Shown here in pieces: positions 1-8,679 of a stretch of 60,276 bases of DNA. The stretch lies in contig JABMPP010000101.1 in assembly GCA_013202955.1 (NCBI GenBank), positions 1 to 60,276 of the forward strand. Reading direction: 5' to 3'. A program made the translations under genes and the position numbers. Origin of the DNA: Candidatus Woesearchaeota archaeon. Lineage in GTDB: Archaea; Nanobdellota; Nanobdellia; Woesearchaeales; JABMPP01. Position 1 is the stretch's first letter, and each line of letters opens with the position of its first letter. The notes under the pieces were generated by a model. The model saw only the letters and a program-made list of their open reading frames with translations. It had not been told where the DNA came from and searched no databases.

Positions 1-1392
1 GCATTAAGATTAGCTCTTCATGAAGTGGAAGGAACATATGGTATAATGGCATTTCATTTAAATGAAGACAAGATTGTTGCTGCCAGAAATGGTTCTCCTA
101 TTGTTTTGGGTATTGGGAAAAATGAATTTTTTGTTGCAAGTGATGCCTCTTCAATAATTGAACACACAAAAGATGTTGTTTATCTCGACGATGGAGAGAT
201 CCTTGAAGTAAACAAAAAAAATTATTCAATTAAAAACCTAAAAAACTCACATATTGATAAAAAGGTTGAAAGATTGAACATGAAACTTGAACAAATGCAA
301 AAAAATAATTTCAAGCATTTTATGCTCAAGGAAATATTTGATCAGCCAGATGTCATAAAAGATACAATGAGGGGAAGAATACAAAAAGAAGGAGCCATAA
401 CAAAGTTTGATGGCCTGTCAGATAATTTTACAGATAATGTTTCAAGAATAATCATAACAGCATGTGGAACATCATGGCACGCTTCATTGATTGGTGAATA
501 CCTTATAGAGGATTCCTCAAGAATTCCTGTTGAGGTTGAATATGCATCTGAATTTAGATATAGAAATCCTGTTCTTGGTAAAAATGACCTGGTTATTGTA
601 ATAAGCCAGTCAGGAGAGACAGCAGACACATTAGCAGCTCTTAAAGAGGCAAAGAAACATGGAGCAAAAACAATGGGTATTATAAATGTTGTTGGAAGCA
701 CAATAGCCAGAGAAGCAGGCAGAGGAATTTATATTCATGCAGGTCATGAGGTTGGGGTTGCAAGCACAAAAGCATTTACCTCTCAAATAACCGCTCTTTT
801 ACTCTTAAATCTATTTTTGGGAAGAAGAAATAAAAATATATCTGCTGAAAATGGAGAGAGGCTGATTGATGGTTTAGAAAAAATACCTGAACAAGTGGAA
901 AAGATTCTGAAGAACAGTGATAAAATAAAAGAAATAGCAAAAAAATATTATAAAAAAAATAATTTCCTTTATTTAGGAAGGGGGATAAACTTCCCAGTAG
1001 CTCTTGAAGGTGCTTTAAAGCTTAAGGAGATATCTTATATTCATGCAGAGGGATATCCAGCAGCTGAGATGAAGCATGGTCCAATAGCTTTGATTGATGA
1101 TAATATGCCTGTTGTTTTTATTGCCAATAAAGGACCAGGATATAGAAAGATAATGAGTAATATGGAAGAAGTAAAAGCAAGAAATGGAAGAATAATTGCA
1201 GTAGCTACTGAAGATGACAAAGAGATAACAGAGGTTGCAGATGATGTTATATTTGTTCCAAAAACTTTAAATGAGTTAACACCTTTACTAAACACAATCC
1301 CTCTACAACTATTGGCTTATTATATTGCTGATATGAGGGGGTGTGATATTGATAAACCAAGAAACCTAGCAAAGAGTGTGACAGTAGAATGA
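1..1392 (+). CDS. glmS: glutamine--fructose-6-phosphate aminotransferase (isomerising), 5'-truncated by window edge
   Basis: Frame 1 is open from base 1. SIS-domain motif SQSGETADT is present, and the canonical GlmS C-terminus ...DKPRNLAKSVTVE. Confidence 0.93.
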   Translation, partial: ALRLALHEVEGTYGIMAFHLNEDKIVAARNGSPIVLGIGKNEFFVASDASSIIEHTKDVVYLDDGEILEVNKKNYSIKNLKNSHIDKKVERLNMKLEQMQKNNFKHFMLKEIFDQPDVIKDTMRGRIQKEGAITKFDGLSDNFTDNVSRIIITACGTSWHASLIGEYLIEDSSRIPVEVEYASEFRYRNPVLGKNDLVIVISQSGETADTLAALKEAKKHGAKTMGIINVVGSTIAREAGRGIYIHAGHEVGVASTKAFTSQITALLLLNLFLGRRNKNISAENGERLIDGLEKIPEQVEKILKNSDKIKEIAKKYYKKNNFLYLGRGINFPVALEGALKLKEISYIHAEGYPAAEMKHGPIALIDDNMPVVFIANKGPGYRKIMSNMEEVKARNGRIIAVATEDDKEITEVADDVIFVPKTLNELTPLLNTIPLQLLAYYIADMRGCDIDKPRNLAKSVTVE

Positions 1393-1850
1393 AAATAAGA
1401 GAAGCAACAGAACAAGATGCTGAACCAATAGGAAAGATCTTGATGGAATCCTATAAAATTGATTCAATACAAGAAGGAATAGATGTTTTTATGAAAGAAA
1501 GAGAAAAATTCAATTACCTTGTTGCAGAAGATGATAATGTTATTGGTCTTGTTACATGGTTACAACATGGTTTGCCAAAACACGGGTTAGCAGAGCTGGA
1601 CAGAATAGCTGTTTTGCCTGATTTGAGAGGCAAAGGTGTTGGCAAACAACTCTTTAATACTATGCTCGAAAAAATAAAAGAATATTATGAGAAGAATGAC
1701 TCAAAATTAAGAAAGCTATATCTTATGACTCATAAATCAAACATAAATGCTCAAGAGTTCTACAAGAAATTGGGATTCAAATATGAAGCAACTTTAGAGA
1801 ATCATTTCCACCCAGGAGAACACGAATATATTATGAGTATCTTCATGTAA
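1389..1850 (+). CDS. GNAT-family N-acetyltransferase
   Basis: Acetyl-CoA binding motif LRGKGVGKQLF (R-x-x-G-x-G). The start overlaps the glmS stop as ATGA. Confidence 0.8.
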   Translation: MKIREATEQDAEPIGKILMESYKIDSIQEGIDVFMKEREKFNYLVAEDDNVIGLVTWLQHGLPKHGLAELDRIAVLPDLRGKGVGKQLFNTMLEKIKEYYEKNDSKLRKLYLMTHKSNINAQEFYKKLGFKYEATLENHFHPGEHEYIMSIFM

Positions 1851-1870
1851 GAATTAGGCACCAGAAACTC

Positions 1871-2413
1871 TTATCCAGTTTCAACATTACTTAACACTTC
1901 TCCATTCATTGTGTGCTCAAAAAGAGAGTTTGCGTCATCAAAATACCATTTCATTGCTATGTCTGCTTTTGTTTTTCCTATTTTGCTTGTTGTTGAGCAA
2001 TTAGTCTGAATTTCAGTAGTATTAGTCATATTGATTATTACTGAACGTCCATTACTTAAATGTAAACCGCTATTACTATTATAACAACTGTCCCATGGAT
2101 TTGTACTAGGACATCCACTCCCATTAGCAAAAAGAACCACACAATCAATTAAATCTCCTGTCATAGTTAAAGATGTTAATATTATTCCTTTTCCCATTCC
2201 ATTCTCAAGCTCTAAAAAAACTTGATTATTATCAAACACTATATGGTTTTTGCAATATAACCCCATCTGCAGCGAACATTTTTCAGGAAGAAGAATCGTT
2301 GGATTCAACACACCAAAATAAGCTAATGCACCTATTACAACAAGCACAACAAGAATAGCCCAACCATAGGTCATTAAGAATTCCAATGCTGCTTGAGATT
2401 TTTTATTACTCAT
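1871..2413 (-). CDS. secreted protein with archaeal class III (pilin-like) signal peptide
   Basis: The internal Met gives MSNKKSQAALEFLMTYGWAILVVLVVIGALAYFG, which fits the QxxxEFL class III signal pattern. The upstream 27 codons of the tracked ORF look like a spurious extension. Confidence 0.6.
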   Translation of the reverse strand: MSNKKSQAALEFLMTYGWAILVVLVVIGALAYFGVLNPTILLPEKCSLQMGLYCKNHIVFDNNQVFLELENGMGKGIILTSLTMTGDLIDCVVLFANGSGCPSTNPWDSCYNSNSGLHLSNGRSVIINMTNTTEIQTNCSTTSKIGKTKADIAMKWYFDDANSLFEHTMNGEVLSNVETG

Positions 2414-2468
2414 TTTACCTCTTTTAATTAACAAATACCTCTTTATACATATATAAATTTTGTGTTTT

Positions 2469-2969
2469 TTAAAAACTCTTGAATTTTCTCTCAAATAATA
2501 TTATAAACACATTATTTGGGATTTTTACCCCTGCATCAACAAACACATTTGCAAGTTTAAATCCAGTGTCTTCTTCATCATCCTCTGGCTTGAAATTTAA
2601 TATCTTCTTTATTGTTTCACTGCACAAAAACCCTTCATTAATACCTAAAACAACATCTCTTTTTCTGCTTGTTATTCCATCTTTAACATCTAAAACAAGC
2701 TTTTTCTGCTTAAACTTCCCATTATTTTCATTAAATCCGTGCTTATGTAGTTCCCATTTTATTAAATAATCAATAATTTCTCTGAAACTGGTTTTTGAGA
2801 TATTTTTTTTCTTTGTAAAATCATCAAAACTCACATCTCTTGTTTTTTCTGGCTTGTGGATTCTTCCTAAATATCCAACAATCTTCTGTCTTGTGCCATT
2901 TTTAGTCCATTTATTCTTAACTTTATATGCATACTCAAATTTTTTTATCTTTTTTGTTCTAATAAACAT
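2469..2969 (-). CDS. hypothetical protein (basic N-terminus, no recognised domain)
   Basis: A 166-aa ORF in AT-rich DNA, where random ORFs are short. No motif recognised. Confidence 0.5.
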   Translation of the reverse strand: MFIRTKKIKKFEYAYKVKNKWTKNGTRQKIVGYLGRIHKPEKTRDVSFDDFTKKKNISKTSFREIIDYLIKWELHKHGFNENNGKFKQKKLVLDVKDGITSRKRDVVLGINEGFLCSETIKKILNFKPEDDEEDTGFKLANVFVDAGVKIPNNVFIILFERKFKSF

Positions 2970-3112
2970 AAAAATTATACATAAACTCTAATATAATAAA
3001 TTTTTCTTCAGAAGCATAAAGTTTATTAAATAAAATCCCATTTCATGTTAAATAATGTTATCTGAAAGGGTTAGGATATTACAAGAGCAGGATTGATAAG
3101 GGGATTTTTGGG

Positions 3113-4126
3113 ATGAAACTCAGCTCATTAGATCTGCATAATCTTATTGAAGAATTTGATAATTTGAAGTTTGCAAAAGTCAGCAAAGTATTTCAACCAA
3201 AGAAGAAAGAGTTATTATTTCAACTACATATGAAAGCGGATAAAAAGATATTAAGAATAAATGCTCCTGATTATTTGTTTCTGACAGATTTTAAGGAAGA
3301 CCAGCCTGAAAAACCTTCTAATTTTTGCATGATCATAAGAAAATACTTTACAAACTCGTTTATCAAAAAAATAGAGCAAAAGGGTTTTGAAAGAGTGGTT
3401 GAGATTGTTTTTCAAACAAAACAAGAAGATTTTATTCTGATTGTTGAGTTGTTTAGCAAAGGAAACATTATTTTATGTAAAAAAGATTATGAAATTTTAC
3501 TGCCCCTGGAAAAACAAATGTGGGGAAATAGAAAAATAACAAAAGGTGAAATTTATAAATTTCCTGAGAAAAAATATAATTTCCTTGAACTAACAAAAAA
3601 AGAGATGAAAGATCTTGTTGATGACTCTGATAAAGAAAACATTGTGAAAATATTGGCTATTGAGCTTGGGCTTGGTGGTGAATATGCTGAACAACTTTGT
3701 TCAATGGCAGCTGTTGATAAAAACAAGAAAAAACTTGATGAAAAAGAACTCAGCAGTTTATTTAATGCTGCTGTTAAGCTAAGAAAAACTAAGATTAAAG
3801 GAGTAAACAAAAAGTTTGATGATTATTTTTCAGGAGAGATAAAAACTAGCCAGGTTGCAAAGAAAACAGATGCCTCAACAAAAAAGTTTGATGCAACTAG
3901 GAGAGTGATTGAAACACAAGAAACCCAAATAAAAAAGCTTAAGGAATCAATTGAGGAAGAAACAAAAAAAGGAGAATATATTTATGAGAATTATACAAAG
4001 ATAAATTCTTTGCTTGAAAAAGTAAAAGAATTAAGAAAAAAATATTCTTGGAAAGAGGTTAAAGATAAAATAAAAGAGATACAAGAAGTAAATGAAAAAG
4101 AAGGAAAAATAATTGTTAAGTTATGA
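3113..4126 (+). CDS. NFACT-N / Rqc2-FbpA-like protein, short form (N-domain, HhH-like segment, coiled coil only)
   Basis: The N-terminus MKLSSLDLHNLIEEF...VSKVFQPKKKELLFQLH resembles the NFACT-N domain. ILAIELGLGGEYAEQLC is an HhH-like segment. The C-terminus is a Lys/Glu coiled coil, and no NFACT-R (DUF814-like) part is seen. Confidence 0.5.
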   Translation: MKLSSLDLHNLIEEFDNLKFAKVSKVFQPKKKELLFQLHMKADKKILRINAPDYLFLTDFKEDQPEKPSNFCMIIRKYFTNSFIKKIEQKGFERVVEIVFQTKQEDFILIVELFSKGNIILCKKDYEILLPLEKQMWGNRKITKGEIYKFPEKKYNFLELTKKEMKDLVDDSDKENIVKILAIELGLGGEYAEQLCSMAAVDKNKKKLDEKELSSLFNAAVKLRKTKIKGVNKKFDDYFSGEIKTSQVAKKTDASTKKFDATRRVIETQETQIKKLKESIEEETKKGEYIYENYTKINSLLEKVKELRKKYSWKEVKDKIKEIQEVNEKEGKIIVKL

Positions 4127-4990
4127 TTTCTCTAACAACTCAACCCTTTTCTTTAATGCTTCATTCTCTGCTTTGAGCTCTTTTATAGCTTCAACAAGCA
4201 CTGCAGTCATTTTACTGTAATCCATTGCCATATATCCTTCTTCATTTGTTGATATAAGCTCAGGATACACTTTATTAACTTCTTGTGCAATAAGCCCGAT
4301 TTGTCTTGATTCTTTTTTATCCTTCCAATCAAAATAAACTCCATTTATGTTATCTATTTTATCAAGAACACCAGACAGCTTAACAATATTTGTTTTAAAT
4401 CTTAGGTCAGATGGTACAAAAGTACCACTAGCATAAATATCACCATTAACATCTATCTTGTAAGTTGAACTAATTTTTGAATCTCCAACAATAATGCTTC
4501 CAGAAGACATAACTGCATAAATATTACCTGTGTTTCCATCAGCCCCCCCAAAACCTCCTAATCCACCACTTCCTGGTTCTAAAAAAATATTTCCACCTAC
4601 ACCACCTTGACATGCTCTGCCACCATCATTACATGTTCCTCCATCTCCTGATGTAATTGATACCCCACCACCATCCCCACCAATAGCATCAACCTTCCCA
4701 TTTTCTGCTACAACAATAAGACCGTCTGTTCCCCCATTGGCCACTGTTTGAATGTCTAATAATGCTGAAGGACTATCTGTCCCAATTCCAACATTACTCA
4801 TTACATGAAACTCTCCATTCATCTCAACACTTCTTCCTGATGGGAAATAAAAATTCTGGCCATCATCATTAAATGTTCCACCACCTATTTGTGATGCAGA
4901 ATGTCCCGGGTTTGGGTAAGCTGTTGTTAAAAAAACACAAGCCAAGACCAGCACAAAGAACATTGTTATTCTTTTCATAATATTTTTCAT
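4121..4990 (-). CDS. secreted Gly-rich tail-fibre-like protein with C-terminal Peptidase_S74-type intramolecular chaperone domain
   Basis: Signal peptide MKNIMKRITMFFVLVLACVF. NVGIGTDSPSALLDIQ is a tail-fibre-like motif, followed by a Gly-rich core. The C-terminus SDLRFKTNIVKL...GVYFDWKD...IGLIAQEVNKVYPELIS...MDYSKMTAVLVEAIKELKAENEALKKRV matches the endosialidase/tail-fibre chaperone signature. Confidence 0.7.
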   Translation of the reverse strand: MKNIMKRITMFFVLVLACVFLTTAYPNPGHSASQIGGGTFNDDGQNFYFPSGRSVEMNGEFHVMSNVGIGTDSPSALLDIQTVANGGTDGLIVVAENGKVDAIGGDGGGVSITSGDGGTCNDGGRACQGGVGGNIFLEPGSGGLGGFGGADGNTGNIYAVMSSGSIIVGDSKISSTYKIDVNGDIYASGTFVPSDLRFKTNIVKLSGVLDKIDNINGVYFDWKDKKESRQIGLIAQEVNKVYPELISTNEEGYMAMDYSKMTAVLVEAIKELKAENEALKKRVELLEKS

Positions 4991-4991
4991 T

Positions 4992-5402
4992 TTATAACAC
5001 CTCAAAACCATCTTTACATTCGGACTTTAAATCCTTTTCTTCTATATTATCACATAATGATACATCTTTTCTGGCAACTGCTTTATTATGCCAATCTTTG
5101 TCAATATCCAAAGGGACAATCCCTTCTGTGGTTTCTGTTGCAGATTCTTTAGAAGACATAACTCCAATGTCTGTAAATTTTAACAGAACAACAATAAGGA
5201 TTATTGTGAAAACAACTCCTGCTATCAAGATAATCTTAATTGGATCACTTCCTTTCTTTTTTTTGCCTTTTACATGAACTATTGCTTCTTCGATTTCTTT
5301 AATATCATGTCCAACATCAAGAAGTGCTTTTTTTACAATATTAATATGAATTCCACGAGCAAGCTCTTTCTCTACATATTTAATTAAATCTTTTCTTGCC
5401 AT
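4992..5402 (-). CDS. single-pass membrane protein (helical N-domain, TM, Cys-pair C-terminus)
   Basis: N-terminus MARKDLIKYVEKELARGIHINIVKKALLDVGHD, TM segment IKIILIAGVVFTIILIVVLL and C-terminus LCDNIEEKDLKSEC. It is a paralog in architecture of the ORF at 48373-48969. Confidence 0.5.
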   Translation of the reverse strand: MARKDLIKYVEKELARGIHINIVKKALLDVGHDIKEIEEAIVHVKGKKKKGSDPIKIILIAGVVFTIILIVVLLKFTDIGVMSSKESATETTEGIVPLDIDKDWHNKAVARKDVSLCDNIEEKDLKSECKDGFEVL

Positions 5403-5424
5403 TTTTCACCTCTCTTTGAAAAAT

Positions 5425-5577
5425 TTACTTCTTCATTCCTTCTTTTTTTATCTTGATTTGAACAATATTGCCTTCCTTTAACTTTAAAACCCCACAAACA
5501 GCTTTAGGGACTGTTACAATAAGGCTTGATCCTGATTTTGATACAAACGCGTCGAAAACTCTGTATTCTTCTTCCAT
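5425..5577 (-). CDS. small AbrB/SpoVT-fold DNA-binding protein (50 aa; below ORF-track cutoff)
   Basis: Manual translation gives MEEEYRVFDAFVSKSGSSLIVTVPKAVCGVLKLKEGNIVQIKIKKEGMKK. It has the same F-D-A-x-x-x-K-x-G-x-S-x-x-V-T-x-P ... LK-x-G pattern as both halves of the ORF at 58555-58830. Confidence 0.55.
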   Translation of the reverse strand: MEEEYRVFDAFVSKSGSSLIVTVPKAVCGVLKLKEGNIVQIKIKKEGMKK

Positions 5578-5624
5578 ATATAATCTATTTAAATCTAATA
5601 ATATATAAATATATCTGTTTTAAT

Positions 5625-5993
5625 CTAACTTAGAATAACACCATTATTTAGAAGATAAGTATCTAATCCTTCTATTTGGCTTAGTTTTGTTTTTTTGATA
5701 AGAAATTCTCTAAAGTAATTGTCTATCTCAACACCCATGCTCCCCAAACCAGAACTCAGCTTTCCGTAAAGCTTTTTGCCTTCTTTATCTATATCAGTTA
5801 GGATTATTGCTTTTTTATTTTTTTGAGCCACATCTTCTATAATTTTGTATAATGGATGTTTGCTAAGAATTATTATATCTGAAACACCAAAAGATTCCAA
5901 AGCTTTTTTGTCATTTTTTCCTTCAACAATTATTATCTTGTCAGTTTCCTTTAATCTAGAAATCCAGTCATTAAGCTCTTCCTGGTATTTCAT
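5625..5993 (-). CDS. Toprim domain protein (RNase M5 / small primase-like)
   Basis: Toprim motifs IIVEGKNDKKAL (conserved Glu) and ILTDIDKEGKKL (DxD). Confidence 0.7.
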   Translation of the reverse strand: MKYQEELNDWISRLKETDKIIIVEGKNDKKALESFGVSDIIILSKHPLYKIIEDVAQKNKKAIILTDIDKEGKKLYGKLSSGLGSMGVEIDNYFREFLIKKTKLSQIEGLDTYLLNNGVILS

Positions 5994-6045
5994 AATCTGT
6001 TCTCAAAACAAAAATGTTATAAATAATTTTTTATTCCATTCTCTA

Positions 6046-7428
6046 ATGATTCATTTAAGCACAATTCTGCAACATTATAAAAAAAGAGAAATCCAAGAGG
6101 AGATTCTAAAAAATGCTAGAAATAAAGAGGTAGCAGTTAAATTTGGAGACAAAGGATTTGGTAAAAGACCTGATGTTTTGGAATATCCACAAGATGTTCT
6201 TGAGTTTGCAAAAAAAGGTGTTACATCTTTTCATGCCTCTGAGGAGTTATGGGAGAATCCATTGAGGTTGTCTCCAGAAATGAAGAGAAAGGAGATGGAA
6301 GAATTAAGAACAGGTTGGGATCTTGTGCTTGATATTGATTGTTATGATTTAGAATATTCAAAACAAGCAGCTTATTTGATTATCGAAGTTTTAAAGTTTT
6401 ATGGCGTGAAAAGCATAAGTTGCAAATTTAGTGGAAACAAAGGGTTTCATGTTGGTGTTCCTTTTGAGACATTTCCTGAGAAAATAGGTGGAAAAGAAAT
6501 AAAAGAACTGTTTCCAGAGGCCCCAAGACGTATTGCAATCTTAATAAAAGATTTAATTAAAGAACCACTGGGAAAAAGAATAATTGAATATGAAATAAAA
6601 AATGGGGTAGATCCCAAAGATGTATTTACAGTAATAGTAAACAAATTAAAAAAAGCTGGTTTATCCATAAAAGAAGAAAACATAATTTACATAAAAGAAG
6701 ATGAATATGGAATGAAACGTGAACTTCTCAACGTAGAACCTTTTTTAGGTATAGACACGATTCTTATTTCATCAAGACATCTCTGTAGAATGGTATATTC
6801 ATTCAATGAGAAATCAAAACTTATTTCAGTTCCAATAAATCCTGAAAAGGTATTAGAGTTCAAAAGAGAAAATGCAGAACATCCTGTTGAAGTTTCTAAA
6901 TACAGATTCCTTGATAGAACAAAGGTTGAAAAAGGAGAAGCAAAAAAACTCATAATACAATCATATGATCACAAGCCAGAAACAGAAGAGAATATTAAGA
7001 TAGAAAAAAAGGAGTATGAGCTTCCAAACTCTCCTTTGCCTGTTGAGCATTTTCCTCCATGCATGAAACTTGGTTTGAACGGATTATCTGATGGAAGAAA
7101 AAGATTCTTGTTTGTGGTCACTAATTTCCTTGTTACTGTTGGTTGGGATTATGACAACATAGATATTCTGTTAAGAGAATGGAATAAAAAAAATGATGAT
7201 CCATTAAGAGAAACCTATCTTGTTGGACATCTCCGTTATCATAAAAGCAATAAGAAAAAAATATTACCTCCAAATTGCGATAATATGATGTATTATGTTG
7301 ATATGAGAATATGTAAACCAGATAACCTATGCAGAATGATTAAAAATCCTGTAAGTTATACACGAAGAAAAACACAATACCTTAATGAAGAAAAATCACC
7401 TAAAAAAAATCCTCCCAAGCCTAAGTAG
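6046..7428 (+). CDS. priS: DNA primase, fused catalytic PriS plus PriL C-terminal Fe-S domain
   Basis: PriS motifs WDLVLDIDCYD (DxD) and SGNKGFHVGVP. The C-terminal HFPPCMKLGL...GRKRFLFVVTNFLVTVGW...PPNCDN...RICKPDNLC resembles the PriL-CTD (PPC motif and 4 Cys). The start is set at Met 6046, because the tracked ORF start at 5845 overlaps the Toprim gene. Confidence 0.8.
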   Translation: MIHLSTILQHYKKREIQEEILKNARNKEVAVKFGDKGFGKRPDVLEYPQDVLEFAKKGVTSFHASEELWENPLRLSPEMKRKEMEELRTGWDLVLDIDCYDLEYSKQAAYLIIEVLKFYGVKSISCKFSGNKGFHVGVPFETFPEKIGGKEIKELFPEAPRRIAILIKDLIKEPLGKRIIEYEIKNGVDPKDVFTVIVNKLKKAGLSIKEENIIYIKEDEYGMKRELLNVEPFLGIDTILISSRHLCRMVYSFNEKSKLISVPINPEKVLEFKRENAEHPVEVSKYRFLDRTKVEKGEAKKLIIQSYDHKPETEENIKIEKKEYELPNSPLPVEHFPPCMKLGLNGLSDGRKRFLFVVTNFLVTVGWDYDNIDILLREWNKKNDDPLRETYLVGHLRYHKSNKKKILPPNCDNMMYYVDMRICKPDNLCRMIKNPVSYTRRKTQYLNEEKSPKKNPPKPK

Positions 7429-8043
7429 ATTGCTTCCTTCTTCTATTGCTACCTCAAAATCATTTGACATTCCCATTGAAAGATATTTTAGCCCTAACTC
7501 ATTATTTATCTGCTTTAATTTTTTAAAACAAATTCTCGATTCTTCAGCTTCTGCAAGAGGAGCAATTGTCATTAACCCATCAACTTTTAGATTTGTTAGT
7601 TTTACTAATTTATTATAAAAATCAGAAACTTCTTCAGCATTTATCCCATATTTTGATTCTTCTCCAGAAACATTTACCTCAATAAACACAGGCATTATTT
7701 TATTTATCTCAAAAGCTCTTTTGTTTACCTCTTTAGCTATCTTTAATGAATCTATTGTTTGAATAACATCAAATATCTTTACAGCAAGCTTTGCTTTATT
7801 GCTCTGCAAATGACCAATCATATGCTTTTCAACATCAGGAAGTTGTTGGAACTTATTGTCTGCTTCCTGCACCCTGTTTTCTCCAATAACTTTTATTCCA
7901 GACCCAATAAGCTCTTTTATCTGCTCAACATCAGCATATTTTGTTGCTACTAATAGCTTAATATCTTCATAATTCTTTCCAGCACTCTCGGCTGCTTTCT
8001 TTATTCTCTCATTCACTGATTCAACATTCTGTTTTATTGACAT
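7396..8043 (-). CDS. yggS: YggS-family pyridoxal-phosphate homeostasis protein
   Basis: LLVATKYADVEQI...VIGENRVQE...HMIGHLQSNKAK, with a length of ~215 aa typical of the family. Confidence 0.88.
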   Translation of the reverse strand: MSIKQNVESVNERIKKAAESAGKNYEDIKLLVATKYADVEQIKELIGSGIKVIGENRVQEADNKFQQLPDVEKHMIGHLQSNKAKLAVKIFDVIQTIDSLKIAKEVNKRAFEINKIMPVFIEVNVSGEESKYGINAEEVSDFYNKLVKLTNLKVDGLMTIAPLAEAEESRICFKKLKQINNELGLKYLSMGMSNDFEVAIEEGSNLLRLGRIFFR

Positions 8044-8127
8044 AATACTTGCTAAACATGGATTTTTTAAAAGTCTTGCTATGTTTTAGAAAAATATAAA
8101 TATGCTGTTTCTTATTTTCATGTTAAA

Positions 8128-8658
8128 TTGAAATTAAAACAGTTTTTTGTTATAATATTTGAATTGTTTATTATTTTAAAGCTATATGAATGGTGGGATA
8201 ATAACACAAATCTTTCTTTAGGAGCTTATCTTCTGGTTATCTTTATATTATTCTGGATATTGAATTATCTTCTTGGAAAATTAACTCTTACAAGACCAAT
8301 CCAAAGCACAATGATGTTTAAAATTGTTCCTCGGGCTTCATTTACAAAGGAATGGTTTGGAATAATTGTATTAGCAGTTGTTTGTGCAGGATTTTTTCTG
8401 TCAAGAGCATTAGTTGGAAGCAAATTCCTGACATATCTTCTTGTACTGATTGGTGCTTTAGCAGCCTACAAGGTTTATGTAAGCAAGAATATTCCAATAC
8501 ACCATGATATAACTCTATGGATAGTTGGCTTTATCTTTGGAATAGCAATAGGAAGCAGATTTACAAGTGGTTGGTTTATCATAACAATATTCGTGCTTGG
8601 ACATATATTCCTTTATTTCTTATCTGAACCTGGCGAAAGAGAGAAACATTTAAAATAG
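8128..8658 (+). CDS. polytopic membrane protein, unknown function
   Basis: Several hydrophobic helices throughout. TTG start in the track. Confidence 0.5.
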   Translation: MKLKQFFVIIFELFIILKLYEWWDNNTNLSLGAYLLVIFILFWILNYLLGKLTLTRPIQSTMMFKIVPRASFTKEWFGIIVLAVVCAGFFLSRALVGSKFLTYLLVLIGALAAYKVYVSKNIPIHHDITLWIVGFIFGIAIGSRFTSGWFIITIFVLGHIFLYFLSEPGEREKHLK

Positions 8659-8679
8659 CCTCTTTCCACCTTATAGAAA

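Noticed and set aside
1871-2494. Full 207-aa ORF including MRENSRVFKKHKIYICIKRYLLIKRGK
   Set aside because: The extension overlaps the 3' end of the neighbouring gene and precedes a much better start, the class III signal beginning MSNKKSQAALEF at 2413.
4121-4990. Prophage or viral region inferred from the tail-fibre S74 domain
   Set aside because: No capsid, portal, terminase, integrase or other virion genes are nearby. The neighbours are cellular housekeeping genes.
5845-6045. N-terminal 67 codons of the tracked 527-aa primase ORF
   Set aside because: This part overlaps the Toprim gene on the other strand and has nonsense-like composition. Homology-like sequence begins at the Met at 6046.
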